A DNA stretch of 64,000 bases, taken from positions 32,001 through 96,000 of the forward strand of contig CAWBKP010000005.1 in NCBI GenBank assembly GCA_963789395.1, read 5' to 3'. Under the pieces are notes generated by a model. The model did no database searches. It saw only the letters and a list, made by a program, of their open reading frames with translations, and was not told the origin of the DNA. The translations under genes and the position numbers were made by a program. Origin of the DNA: an uncultured delta proteobacterium (GTDB lineage: Bacteria > Desulfobacterota > Desulfobacteria > Desulfobacterales > Desulfatirhabdiaceae). Shown here in pieces: positions 1 through 10,992 of the stretch. Numbering within the stretch: the first letter of the stretch is position 1; each line of letters opens with the position of its first letter.

Positions 1-291
1 TCGGTTTTCATCGCCAGGGATCTGCTGCGCATACGAATGCACTACACCGGCCTTGTAATGACCGATGACCTGGATATGGGGGCCATTACCCGTCACTATA
101 GCCTGGATACGGCCGTGGATCAGGTTCTTTTATCCGAAATCGACCAGCTCCTGATCTGTCACAAAAGCCCTGCCATCGAAGCAGCTTTTGAGCAGATCCA
201 GAAACGCATCCGGGACGATGTATCTATCGACGCCCTCTGCGATCACTCCATTCAGCGTATTATGGCGGCAAAAGACAGGATCAACCGGTAA
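1..291 (+). CDS. nagZ: beta-N-acetylhexosaminidase (GH3), C-terminal part; 5' end outside window
   Basis: GLVMTDDLDMGAI catalytic motif and LLICH; frame open from position 1. Confidence 0.8.
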   Translation, partial: SVFIARDLLRIRMHYTGLVMTDDLDMGAITRHYSLDTAVDQVLLSEIDQLLICHKSPAIEAAFEQIQKRIRDDVSIDALCDHSIQRIMAAKDRINR

Positions 292-432
292 AAGATCGAG
301 CTTTAATATGATAGTTTCAATACGAAACTTTGATCAGATAACGGTCCATTCCATTTTAATAAAAGGCAATGCGGAAAACAATAGCCAGCAAAAGAACATC
401 CGGCGGTCGACTTTCATGAAAAATGGCGCCGG

Positions 433-3130
433 CTATTGAAACGCCTTCTCCAGAATGTCCGCTTGGTCCCTGCGATAAATTTTGGGGAAACCCGTGGCAG
501 GGCTGGATGACGGATTTCTGCCCACATACGTCAGCGGCTGCCCAAGTACGCCTTCCAGCAGCGGCCGGACAAACCACCACGCCCCCATGTTTTCCGGCTC
601 TTCCTGAACCCATTTCAATACTTTGGCCTGTGTATACCGCAGCGCAACCTGCCGAAGCATTTCCTCCGGGAACGGGTAATACTGCTCAATCCGTACAATA
701 GCGAAATCGGGCTTTTTCAAAGCATCCCTTTTTTGAATCAACTCGTAATAGATTTTGCCGCTGCAAAAAATAACGCTCCGAACCGCATCGGTTTTACCCG
801 AATCATCCAGCACTTCCTGGAATCCGCCATTTGCCAGTTCTTCGGAACGGGATACTGCCAGCGGGTTCCGCAGCAGGCTCTTCGGGGTCAGAACCACCAG
901 GGGCTTTCGGACCTTTCGGTGCATCTGCCGCCGAAGCAGGTGAAAATACTGGGCCGGCGTCGTCGGATTACAGACCTGGATGTTCTCGTCCGCGCAAAGC
1001 TGCAGGAATCTTTCCGGCCTGGCGCTGGAATGTTCCGGCCCCAGGCCTTCAAGGCCATGAGGCAGCAGCAACACCAGGCCGCTCAGCCGCTGCCACTTGC
1101 TCTCCGCGCTGGCCAGATAAAGATCGATCACGGACTGGGCGTTATTGATGAAATCCCCGAACTGGGCTTCCCATATGACCAGCTGCCGGGGCTGAACCAG
1201 GGAATACCCGTATTCGAATCCCAGAACGCTTGCCTCGGCCAGCAGGCTGTCCCAGGCTGAAAATATTGCCTGGGATTCTCCCAGGCAGTTCAGGGGAACA
1301 TGGCGCTCACCGGTTTTAATATCCACCAGAAACGCATGCCGCTGGCTGAATGTTCCCCGCCGAACATCCTGGCCACTCAGCCGGATGGGCGTTCCCTCGT
1401 CAAGCAGCGTGGCAAAGGCCAGGGACTCGGCATTGGCCCAGTCGATGCCTTCACCGTTTTCGACAGCCTCCTGCCGCTTTTTCAGAAGCGCCAGGAGTCT
1501 TGGGATGGGCATGGAATCCATCCGGTATTGCCGTCAATAATCGACAAAGGGTTTTGAGCCTATCGATATCAACCCCGGTCGGCACCGGATCATGCACGTA
1601 ACGGCCGTCATAGTCCTGCCATGCTTCATAAAACATGGCCTGCGGAAACAGGCACTGCGACCCGTGAATGCTCTGATAATCGGAATCCAGCTTATCGCGG
1701 ACAGCTTTTTCCATTTCTTCGATTTCCGGCAAAGTGACTACACCTTCCTCCAGAAGTCGGTCAGCGTAAAGTTTGCTGAGCGGCTGCCTTTCCCGGATCC
1801 GCTCGTACATCTGGGGCTGGGTGAAATACGGTTCATCCCCTTCATTGTGGCCGTAGCGGCGATAACAGATCAAATCCACGACCACATCTTTTCCAAAAGC
1901 CGCCCGGTATGCCGCCGCAAGACGCATGACATGCACCACGGCCTCCGGGTCTTCTCCATGTACGTGAAATATCGGAACCATGAGCATCTTGGCACAGTCC
2001 GTGGCATAGCGGGTGGAACGGGCATCTTCCGGAAGCGTGGTGTATCCGATCTGGTTGTTGATCACGATATGAATCGTACCGCCGGTTTGATAGCCTTTGA
2101 GGCGGGAGAGGTTCAAGACCTCGGTCACGATTCCCTGGCCGGCAAATGCGGCATCTCCATGAATCAGCACCGGAACAACTTTCTGCTCTGTGCTTTCAGC
2201 CAGAGCATCCTGGCGGGACCTGGCAATGCCTTCCACCACCGGGTCCACGGACTCCAGATGGCTGGGATTATGTACCAGATAGATCCGCATCGGATAACGG
2301 CCATTTACCTCGATATCGGTCAGATATCCGGTATGGTATTTGACATCCCCGGACCCGACCAGACTGTCCGGATCATAGCAGCTTTCAAATTCGGCGAAGA
2401 TTTCTTCGTAGGGTTTTTTCAGAACATGGGCCAGAACATTGAGCCTTCCCCGATGGGCCATTCCCAGAATGATTTCCCGGCACCCCGAATCGGCAAGAGA
2501 TTCGATAAGCGCATCCAGGGCCGGTATAAGCCCGTCACCACCTTCCAGGGAAAACCGGGTAACTCCCACATATGCCTTATTCAGAAAATGCTCGAATTGC
2601 GTGGATTTTATCAGGGAATTAAGAATCTGCCTGCGGTTTTTTGAATCCAGCTCCGGCCGGTTGCCTGCAGGCTCCATCCGCGTTTCCAGCCAGGCACGCT
2701 CTTCAGGGTTCTGTATATGCATGAATTCAACGCCGATTGACCGGCAGTAAGTCTGCTTCAATCGGCTGATGAGTTCGCCAAGGCTCAAGGTTTCCGGGGA
2801 TGAAAACGGCGCACGGATCTGCTGATCCAGGTCATCCGGACTCAGTTGAAGCGATTCCAGACTGAGCAGCGGATGCGCCACCGGGCATGCGGACAATGGG
2901 TCCATGCAGGCCAGAAGATGCCCCAGGTCCCGGTACCGATGTACCAGAGCATCTGTGCGGGATTGCAGCCGCATCCGGTCGTCATCGCAGAGCACATCGG
3001 AAGGCAGGCCGCCTTTGCCGCCAAGTTCAAATCCTTTGAAAAAAAACCGCCAGTCGGAAGACAGGGTTTCGGGATTTTCTTTCCACAGCAGGTACTGGGA
3101 TTCAATATAATCGGCATTCAATGTTTCCAT
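433..3130 (-). CDS. sucA: 2-oxoglutarate dehydrogenase E1; one frameshift near 1500
   Basis: RFSLEG, GMAHRGRLN, GDVKYH, HGDAAFAGQG, GHNEGDEP, WEAQFGDF and GPEHSSAR motifs across ORFs 1451..3205 and 433..1521; likely start METLNADY. Confidence 0.95.
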
Positions 3131-3205
3131 ATCGCTCCATAAATAGCAGGGGTTCAGGCTGAAGACCGAAGGCAGCGGGTGTACATGGATTTCTACCTTC
3201 AGCAT

Positions 3206-3976
3206 TTAGCCTTTGGTCTTCAGCCTGATCTGGGTAAACCACTCGGCTATCTTTCGTGCCGCAAAACCGCGGTGTTCCGCCTGGCTGAAAAAATGATCGG
3301 CATCGGGAATAATGACAAGTTCCGAATGATCGGGATTGAATGATTGCGCCGTACGTGCCTGATCTACCGGAACAATGTCGTCCCGGGTTCCATGTACGAT
3401 CAAAAGGGGGATGCGCAGCGAGGCAACGGTGGCCTGCATGTCGTGAGACAGCATGTCGTCCAGAAACCGGCTATCCAGCTCCAGGTGCCGACCGCGACTC
3501 ACAAATTCCAGCCGGCCGGTTTCCTGGAACTGCCGTTTCTGATCCGGGCTGAAAATACGGGTGGAGTCCATTCCGGTAAGGCGTCCGGCAATTGCACAGA
3601 CAGCCTGAACCCCGGAAAGCCTGGAAGCTGCCAGAACTGAAACAGCCGCGCCCATGCTGTGGCCGGCAAACCCCAGCCATTTCACGCCTTCCGCCTTTAA
3701 TAATGTTGCTGCGATCTCCATCTCGGCGATGTATTTGGTGTAGGAGGTCTCGATAAAACTCCCATCGCTCTGGCCGTTACCGGAAAAATCAAAACGCAGA
3801 ACATGAAACCCCGCAGTGGACAGCCTTGAACCGACTTCACGCAGAATACCGGTATGCCGGGTGCAGGTAAAACAGTGTCCCAGTACAACGCCATATTCAG
3901 AAGAAGTATCCGGCCGGTGATGGGTTCCGAAAAGCCTCTCCCCCAAATGATTTAAAAAATCGATATTGGTTTCCAC
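3206..3976 (-). CDS. alpha/beta hydrolase
   Basis: HCFTC, RFDFSGNGQSDG, GHSMG nucleophile elbow, HGTRDDIV, DADHFF. Confidence 0.9.
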   Translation of the reverse strand: METNIDFLNHLGERLFGTHHRPDTSSEYGVVLGHCFTCTRHTGILREVGSRLSTAGFHVLRFDFSGNGQSDGSFIETSYTKYIAEMEIAATLLKAEGVKWLGFAGHSMGAAVSVLAASRLSGVQAVCAIAGRLTGMDSTRIFSPDQKRQFQETGRLEFVSRGRHLELDSRFLDDMLSHDMQATVASLRIPLLIVHGTRDDIVPVDQARTAQSFNPDHSELVIIPDADHFFSQAEHRGFAARKIAEWFTQIRLKTKG

Positions 3977-3989
3977 GCCGTTCCTTCAT

Positions 3990-5568
3990 TCAAATAACAA
4001 CAGTCTCCCCTGGCAGGGGAACTGTCACGGAATATCCCATTATCTTCCAGATATCTGCCGAAAGACAGAGACTGTTCTTCCTCTCCATGCACCACAGCAA
4101 TTTTTCGAATATTCAGATTCGATTCTTTCAGAAATTTAAGCATTTCCGTCCGGTCCGCATGGGCGCTGAAGCCGCCCATCTTGACCACATGGGCCTTTAA
4201 AGGATATTCCTTGTTTAAAAAACGCACAAGCGGCACTGTTCCGGTTCTGCCGGCAGCCGCATACGCCAGGCCTCGCTCCAGTATCCGCCTGCCCAGCGTG
4301 TTTTCCGCCATGAACCCGACAATCAGAATGGTATGCCTGGGATTATGAATTTTATGGCGGAGATGGTGCAGGATCCTTCCGGCTTCACACATACCTGAGC
4401 CGGCGATGACAATGTGGGGGGTTTCATCACGCATCAGGCGCATGGACTCCTCGACTGAACTGATGAAATGGATTTTTTCAAAGAAAAAAGGATTCTGTCC
4501 CCGTTCCAGAAACGTTTTATGGGTGTCGGCGTCAAAAACCTCGGGATGTTCGCCGAAAACCTGCGTGATTTTGGATGCCAGCGGACTGTCCACATAAATG
4601 GGCATCAGGGGGACTTCACCGGCGTTATACAGTTCATGAAGCATGTACAGCAGTTCCTGGGTCCGGCCATATGCAAAGGCCGGAATCACGATAGTGCCCC
4701 CCCGATCATAGGTTTCGCGAATAATTTCCTTCAGTTTGGGTTTCAGGTCATCCACAGGGTCATGGAAACGGTTTCCATACGTGCTTTCCATGACCAGCAG
4801 ATCCACATTGCGGTCTGCTTCATCAAACTTCAAGGTGGGGTTATTGAGAATGGGCCGGTCAAAGCGCCCGATATCTCCGGTATACAGTACATTTACGGAC
4901 CGGCCGTTTTCATTTGCCTGGATGGCGGTAATGGAGGATCCTAGAATATGCCCGGCATCGTAAAATGAACAGGTCATGTCCTTTCCAATGGAAACCGACT
5001 CGTTGTATGGATATCCATCAAAAAATGTTAGCGCCTGCTTGACATCTTCGGTTGTATAAATGGGGGTGATTTTCTCCAGGCGGTATTTTTCCAATAAATC
5101 GTTAATCACATCGTCGTTAAGTTCATGCTTATCTCTTTTAAGAAGACTCTGGATTTTTTTGGCATCGGACTTGGACACAGTGTGTGTTCTGGGGGATGTT
5201 TTCATCTGATACAACAGCCCCCGAACGGTTTTATAGTTCAGATATCTGGCATCTGATTCATGGATATGCGCGCTGTCAAGAAGCAGGTATTCGCAGGCGT
5301 CCGCTGTAGCCCGGGTACAGATGATTCGTCCAACAAACTCCCCTTGCGTCAGCAGTGGAATCCGGCCCGAATGATCGATATGGGCATGGGAAAGCACCAT
5401 ATTCGTAATGAGCCTGGTGCTGAACGGCAGACTTTTATTTTTATGCTCGCTTTCTTTCCGCCTGCCCTGAAACATCCCGCAATCCAGAAGAATTCGATCC
5501 TGGCCGCAGGTCAGCAGGTGCATGGAGCCGGTGACTTCTCTGGCTCCGCCGTAAAAAGTGATGTTCAT
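3990..5568 (-). CDS. MBL-fold beta-CASP ribonuclease; probable indel near 4040 (true end ...YSVTVPLPGETVVI*)
   Basis: GGAREVTGS, HAHIDHSG, DAGHILGS, MESTYG, FSAHAD, VHGEE. Confidence 0.9.
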
Positions 5569-5581
5569 GGGCGCTTCTCCG

Positions 5582-7075
5582 TCATTTGGGTTGGTGTTTG
5601 ATTGGGCCAGCGGCAACCAGATACAACAGGGCGGATGAATTACTCAAGCCCAGCAGTGCCGACGCATTCTGATCATAAAACGCACCGATCCCGCAACACC
5701 CCAGCCCCAGGGCAGTCGCCCCAAGATAAATCCGATGGGCCAGACGGCCTGCCGAAATCATGGCATATCGGTAGGCACGCGGCCCCCACAAGGTCTCGAT
5801 GGCGGGCAGCGGCGCGACTAAAAAGAATTGAAGGGCTGCGGATGCCATCCACTGCTGGTTCAGAGCAATTTGTGCCATTTCCGCAGAGAAACCGCCCGGT
5901 TGAACCTGCCCGATCTCATGGGCTTGCGGATCGATCCAGTACTGCCCGGAATCAATGCCCTCACATGCACCGACAATCATCCCCGAAACAACAAATTTAA
6001 ACGGCTGGAAATACCCATCATCAGGCATCCAGATTGTCTGCATCAAGGCGTTAAAGTGCTGGCGGCCAAGGGGTCGGGAAACAAAATTTCTGCGGGAACG
6101 CCGGGTCATTACTGCCTGTGAAAAATTCATCTCTTCCGGGAAAGGATCTTCATCATGAATCGGCTGCCACTGTTGCACCCGAACGCCGCATTCCAGAAGC
6201 AAATCGCATTGACGCTCTGTTGCGCCGACAACACAAGACGATACTTCGTGGATGTTCTGAATCGCCTCGGGGATTTCTTCCCGGGGCGATACCCGGCTGG
6301 CGGCGGTATGAAAAAGTGCTTCGACTGGCAATTCCTTTCCGTCAGACAGGCCAGTTCCACCGGGGATTCTGATGACGGCCAGACAGGCTTCCCGTCCGCT
6401 GTCCACCCCCAGAAGCTTATTCACAAACGAATCATCAAAATCATAGGTCACCTGACAGTTCAGATCCAGTGCCTGGATAGCCAGCGCCAGAGACTCGACC
6501 AGATGTCCCGTATCCAGAAGGTGGTACCGATAGGCGCGATCCCGGTATTTCCAGATGCTGCGATAAAAAATGACTGTAATATAGAAGGATATCGTAAAAG
6601 GAGAGGATTCGCAGGACCCGCCCGAAGCCTGCGGATCCGTATATACACCGGTGCGAAGCAGGGTCAGATCCCGACGGTGAATCGCGTGGTGATAGAGACC
6701 GTCCGCAAGACCGGAAACATCCTGCGTGGCCAGATAGAGTTCGCATGGATACAGCGCACCCGCCGATGGAACGCTCCGGTAATAAAAATCGTCTCCGGAA
6801 GATTGACGCCGGGCCGTGATACCGTATCCCAACAACAGCATGCGGCTCAGATCCTGTAAAGAAACGCCGCCCGAGGCAAGCACCGTGCGTTGCGGTTTAA
6901 TCAGTTCGGAAACGGCTATATCGGGCAGCGCAGCGATATCGGGCAGGTTCACACGGTTAAGCCCCGAATAATTTTTATATACTTCAGGCTGATTGGACCA
7001 GTCGAGCGAATGCCCTCCCATCGCTATAGGATCATACATGGTCTGACGATGATAGCGCTGTATGTGGTCTGTCAT
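5582..7075 (-). CDS. SagB/ThcOx-family FMN-dependent dehydrogenase with tandem nitroreductase domains
   Basis: RSVPSAGALYPCELY, WKYRDRAYR, RRSRRNF, GLGCCGIGAFYD; ATG at 7075 after GGAA. Confidence 0.85.
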   Translation of the reverse strand: MTDHIQRYHRQTMYDPIAMGGHSLDWSNQPEVYKNYSGLNRVNLPDIAALPDIAVSELIKPQRTVLASGGVSLQDLSRMLLLGYGITARRQSSGDDFYYRSVPSAGALYPCELYLATQDVSGLADGLYHHAIHRRDLTLLRTGVYTDPQASGGSCESSPFTISFYITVIFYRSIWKYRDRAYRYHLLDTGHLVESLALAIQALDLNCQVTYDFDDSFVNKLLGVDSGREACLAVIRIPGGTGLSDGKELPVEALFHTAASRVSPREEIPEAIQNIHEVSSCVVGATERQCDLLLECGVRVQQWQPIHDEDPFPEEMNFSQAVMTRRSRRNFVSRPLGRQHFNALMQTIWMPDDGYFQPFKFVVSGMIVGACEGIDSGQYWIDPQAHEIGQVQPGGFSAEMAQIALNQQWMASAALQFFLVAPLPAIETLWGPRAYRYAMISAGRLAHRIYLGATALGLGCCGIGAFYDQNASALLGLSNSSALLYLVAAGPIKHQPK

Positions 7076-7118
7076 GGGAATTCCTTTTTCCTGACCCGTT
7101 CCGGCACTCCTCGGACAG

Positions 7119-7147
7119 TTGACCCGTTTCCGGATTGTTGCTATAGT
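7119..7147 (+). promoter_or_regulatory. sigma70 promoter pointing toward kup
   Basis: TTGACC-17bp-TATAGT with extended -10 TG. Confidence 0.7.
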
Positions 7148-7192
7148 ATTCTTGAGTTCAAGAAGTGCTGTCACCAGTTTTTCTTGCTCACC

Positions 7193-7249
7193 GCCTCCAC
7201 TGAAAATCCCATAAATTGGCTTCTTCCATTTCAGTGGAGGCTTTTTTTT
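7193..7249 (+). terminator. intrinsic terminator inside the kup 5' leader
   Basis: 13-bp perfect stem GCCTCCACTGAAA/TTTCAGTGGAGGC followed by T8. Confidence 0.8.
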
Positions 7250-7367
7250 ATCGGACAATGGGATTAAAATCAATCTATTCTTGTGAATCGAAACTGATGA
7301 CGGATGGCAGACAACGGAAAGGTATCTGTTGTTTGCCCGCAACCTTACTTAATTAGGAAAAAACCAG

Positions 7368-9255
7368 ATGCAGGACGAAACCAGCCCCCCGCACGCTGAC
7401 AGGATCAAACTTACGATCGGGGCACTGGGCGTGGTTTATGGAGATATCGGAACCAGCCCGCTATATACCATCAAAGAATGTTTCCACGGCATGCACGCCA
7501 TCGCACCTACATCGGCCAACATACTGGGGGTGCTTTCGCTGATCGCATGGTCTTTGACCATTGTGGTAACCATCAAGTATCTGATGTTTATCATGCAGGC
7601 CGACAACCGGGGAGAAGGCGGCATTTTCGCGCTTCTGGCGCTGATTTCCGGATCGGAAAAACAGCTGTCTAAAAACATGAAACCGGTGGTGGTGTTCTCG
7701 GCACTGCTGGGGGCATCCCTTCTCTATGGTGACGGATTTATCACCCCGGCCATATCGGTGCTTTCCGCCATCGAGGGGCTTAATGTCGCCACCCATGCTG
7801 CCGATAAGCTCATCGTCCCCCTGACCTGCCTGGTGCTGCTTGTTCTGTTTCTTTCACAACACCACGGCACGGAAGGAATTGGAAAAATATTTGGACCGAT
7901 CATGCTGATCTGGTTTGCCACGCTGTCCGCCTTGGGAATCCGGGAAATTATGCAAAACCCGCATGTCCTGACAGCGATCAACCCGATTTACGCCTGGCGT
8001 TTTTTTGCGGAAAACCACATTCACGGGCTGGTGGTTCTGGGATCGGTTGTGCTGTGCATCACCGGCGGTGAAGCCCTCTATGCCGACATGGGGCATTTCG
8101 GACGCAGCCCCATCCGTCTGTCCTGGTTTGCATTGGTATTTCCTGCCCTGCTGCTGAATTATTTCGGCCAGGGCGCCCTGCTGCTGGATCACCCGGAGCT
8201 ATCCGCCAATCCCTTCTATGAACTGGCGCCCAAATTCATTCTTTACCCGTTGGTGGCACTTTCCACGCTGGCAACAATCATTGCGTCTCAGGCCATGATT
8301 TCCGGAGCATTCTCTCTGACCCGACAGGCGGTTCAGATGGGGTATTGCCCGCGGGTCACCATCATTCACACTTCGGCAAATACCGAAGGCCAGATTTATG
8401 TCCCGGAAATCAACCGGATCATGATGGTGGTCTGTATCGGACTTGTCCTGGCGTTCAGGGCATCCAGCGGGCTGGCTGCCGCCTACGGCATTGCGGTAAC
8501 CGCCAACATGGCGATCACCTCGGTGCTTTATTATTATGTTGCCACGCGAACCTGGGGTTGGTCGGTTCAAAAGGCCGCCCCGCTGGTTGCCTTGTTTTTG
8601 ATTTTTGACATCACTTATTTTGGGTCGAACCTGCTGAAAATCTTTGACGGCGGCTGGTTCCCCATAGCCGTCGCCGTGATTATCGTCATTTTGATGACAG
8701 CATGGAAGGATGGCCGGGCGGCACTCTATCAGAAAATGAAAACCGCAATGCTCTCGCTGGATGCCTTTATTACGGATGTAGCAAAACATGGCGTCCACCG
8801 GGTCAAGGGCACTGCTGTATTCATGGCCTCATCCTCGAATTTTACCCCGCCGTCGCTGCTTCATCACTTCAAGCACAACAAGGTGCTTCATGAACAGGTT
8901 ATCTTTCTGACCATTCAGCCGGAAGATATCCCCACCATTCCGGAACACGATCGTCTGTCGTTTAAATCCCTCGGCCATGGGTTCCACCGGATCATCGCCC
9001 GATATGGATTCATGGAAACACCCAATGTTCCCAGAATCGTCAGCAGGACTTTTCAGTCTGGGGTTAATTCCGCACGTACGCCCCATCAGCTATTATCTTG
9101 GCAGAGAGACGCTGCTGATAACGGGCAAATCTAAAATGAGTCGATGGCGGTTGCAACTCTTTGCGTTTTTATCCCGAAACTCCAAAAGCGCTGTGGATTA
9201 TTTTGGAATCCCTCCGGGCCGCGTTGTGGAGCTGGGCGGGCAGATTGAGTTGTAA
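7368..9255 (+). CDS. kup: Kup/HAK/KT potassium transporter; frameshift near 9060
   Basis: GVVYGDIGTSPLY, DNRGEGG, TGGEALYADMGHFG; C-terminal GRVVELGGQIEL in second frame. Confidence 0.95.
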
Positions 9256-9346
9256 CACAGAAGGCTTTTTCACCCGTACAAAGCATGCGGCAGATTTGTC
9301 ACGGGTTACATGATTCACATGTCACTATAAAAAAAGGAGAAACACC

Positions 9347-9862
9347 ATGACAGAACATCCTGGAGCAATCACCATGAAGGGAAACCCATTGACATTGGTC
9401 GGCAACCTGCCGGAAATCGGACAGGCTGCCCCGGATTTTGAGGTCTTGGACAATAACCTGACACCGGTTACGCTTTCATCATTCAAGGGGAAAATATGCG
9501 TTATCGCCTCTGTTCCTTCGCTGGACACACCGGTCTGCGACATTGAGACCCGGCGATTCAATACAGAAGCCGCCAAGCTGAGTCCAAACGTGGTCATACT
9601 CACCATCAGCATGGATCTTCCGTTCGCCCAGAAGCGATGGTGCGGCGCGGCAGGAGTTGATAAAGTGATTACGCTATCCGACCACCGCAACGCCGAATTC
9701 GGCACTGCTTTCGGTACGGTTATCAAAGAGCTTCGGCTTCTGGCAAGGGCTGTTTTTGTCATAGACAAGAATGGCATCGTCAGACTGGTTCAATTGGTAA
9801 AGGAAGTGACCCAGGAACCGGATTATGCGGCGGTTCTGGCAGCTGTGAAACAACTGGCATAA
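9347..9862 (+). CDS. tpx: thiol peroxidase
   Basis: VPSLDTPVCD, ISMDLPFAQKRWC, LLARAVFVID. Confidence 0.95.
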   Translation: MTEHPGAITMKGNPLTLVGNLPEIGQAAPDFEVLDNNLTPVTLSSFKGKICVIASVPSLDTPVCDIETRRFNTEAAKLSPNVVILTISMDLPFAQKRWCGAAGVDKVITLSDHRNAEFGTAFGTVIKELRLLARAVFVIDKNGIVRLVQLVKEVTQEPDYAAVLAAVKQLA

Positions 9863-9973
9863 ACTAAGACTGCTGGCTGAAACGCAAAGATAGAGAGCCT
9901 CAAGCAGCAGCCCCGCACCACTGCTTGATGGCTCTTTGTTCATCCCGCAGACCATCTTTGGTCGGCGATGCAG

Positions 9974-10411
9974 TCATAGCGTATATTTCCGCCGCAGTAT
10001 CTTAACCTCTTTCTGGAGATTTTTGACCCGTATTTTCAAATCTTTGATCGCAGCGATGGTTGTGGCCCGAATCTGTTCCTCATGTTCTTTTCTGTAAAGC
10101 TTTTCCAGTCGGATCAGTTCGGCATCCGCCTGCTCATCGTTTAAATGGGGACAAGCATGGGCAATGGCTGCGGCGACCTTTTCATCAAAATTTCCGCGCA
10201 ATTCCTCCAAGACCAATTCTTCCATTTCCTCAAAGGACGGTTCCGTATAATCTTCCGAACAAATCACCCCAAAGTATTCATTCAGCATCAGCCGGGCACA
10301 TTTTTTGGCTATTCCTTTTAACGAACTTTCCTCAAAATATACAAAATACTGTAAAATTTGATTCCCCAAGCTGCCGTCCAAAATATCCGTTGACTTCGTA
10401 TCGTTGTTCAT
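9974..10411 (-). CDS. hypothetical helical/coiled-coil protein
   Basis: 145-aa ORF filling the gap between tpx and ihfA; no family recognised. Confidence 0.6.
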   Translation of the reverse strand: MNNDTKSTDILDGSLGNQILQYFVYFEESSLKGIAKKCARLMLNEYFGVICSEDYTEPSFEEMEELVLEELRGNFDEKVAAAIAHACPHLNDEQADAELIRLEKLYRKEHEEQIRATTIAAIKDLKIRVKNLQKEVKILRRKYTL

Positions 10412-10597
10412 ACAAAAAAACCAAATCCTTTCAAAATGTAGATAACATATTATAAGACTGGTTCGTGCCCGAATCCATCTTCTTAGTCAGGTTTTAACAG
10501 ACAACGCATTCAGAAGCAACCGCCAGGTATCCGAAACGAACGCTGCGGTCACAATGCCAGGGAGATTCTAAGAAAAAAATGTAACTTTTTTAATTTC

Positions 10598-10626
10598 TTG
10601 ACAAAAGGCAGACATCGACGTATTAA
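10598..10626 (+). promoter_or_regulatory. sigma70 promoter of ihfA
   Basis: TTGACA-17bp-TATTAA. Confidence 0.6.
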
Positions 10627-10706
10627 ACAAACTATTATGCCGAAAGGCGCAAACCATCAAAATAGCCATAGACTTCTACAGGTTAAGTAACAGGAGAACA
10701 CCGCCT

Positions 10707-10988
10707 ATGACGCTCACTAAAGCTCAGCTCGTTGATACCATCCATGAAACCATCGGACTTCCAGCCAAAAAAAGCGTTGAAGTTGTTGAGACCTTGCTCG
10801 AAATCATCAAGAAGGCCTTGGAGGACGGTGATGACGTTCTGATCAGCGGATTTGGAAAGTTCTGCGTCAACGACAAAGCCAAGAGACGGGGCAGAAATCC
10901 AGCCACCGGCGAAGACATGATGCTGGACCAGCGGAGGGTCGTAACCTTTCGATGTTCTTCAGTATTAAGAGAAAAAATCAACAAGTGA
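10707..10988 (+). CDS. ihfA: integration host factor subunit alpha
   Basis: MTLTKA..., ISGFGKF, RGRNPATGE, RRVVTFRCS. Confidence 0.92.
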   Translation: MTLTKAQLVDTIHETIGLPAKKSVEVVETLLEIIKKALEDGDDVLISGFGKFCVNDKAKRRGRNPATGEDMMLDQRRVVTFRCSSVLREKINK

Positions 10989-10992
10989 TCTC

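Noticed and set aside
5582..7075. RiPP (azole) biosynthetic cluster around the SagB-like gene
   Set aside because: No YcaO, E1-like protein or precursor peptide nearby.
10635..10690. GCCGAAAGGCGCAAACC upstream of ihfA as a c-di-GMP-I (GEMM) riboswitch
   Set aside because: It lacks the upstream GGCAAACC arm and a convincing second stem; only a GNRA hairpin is present.
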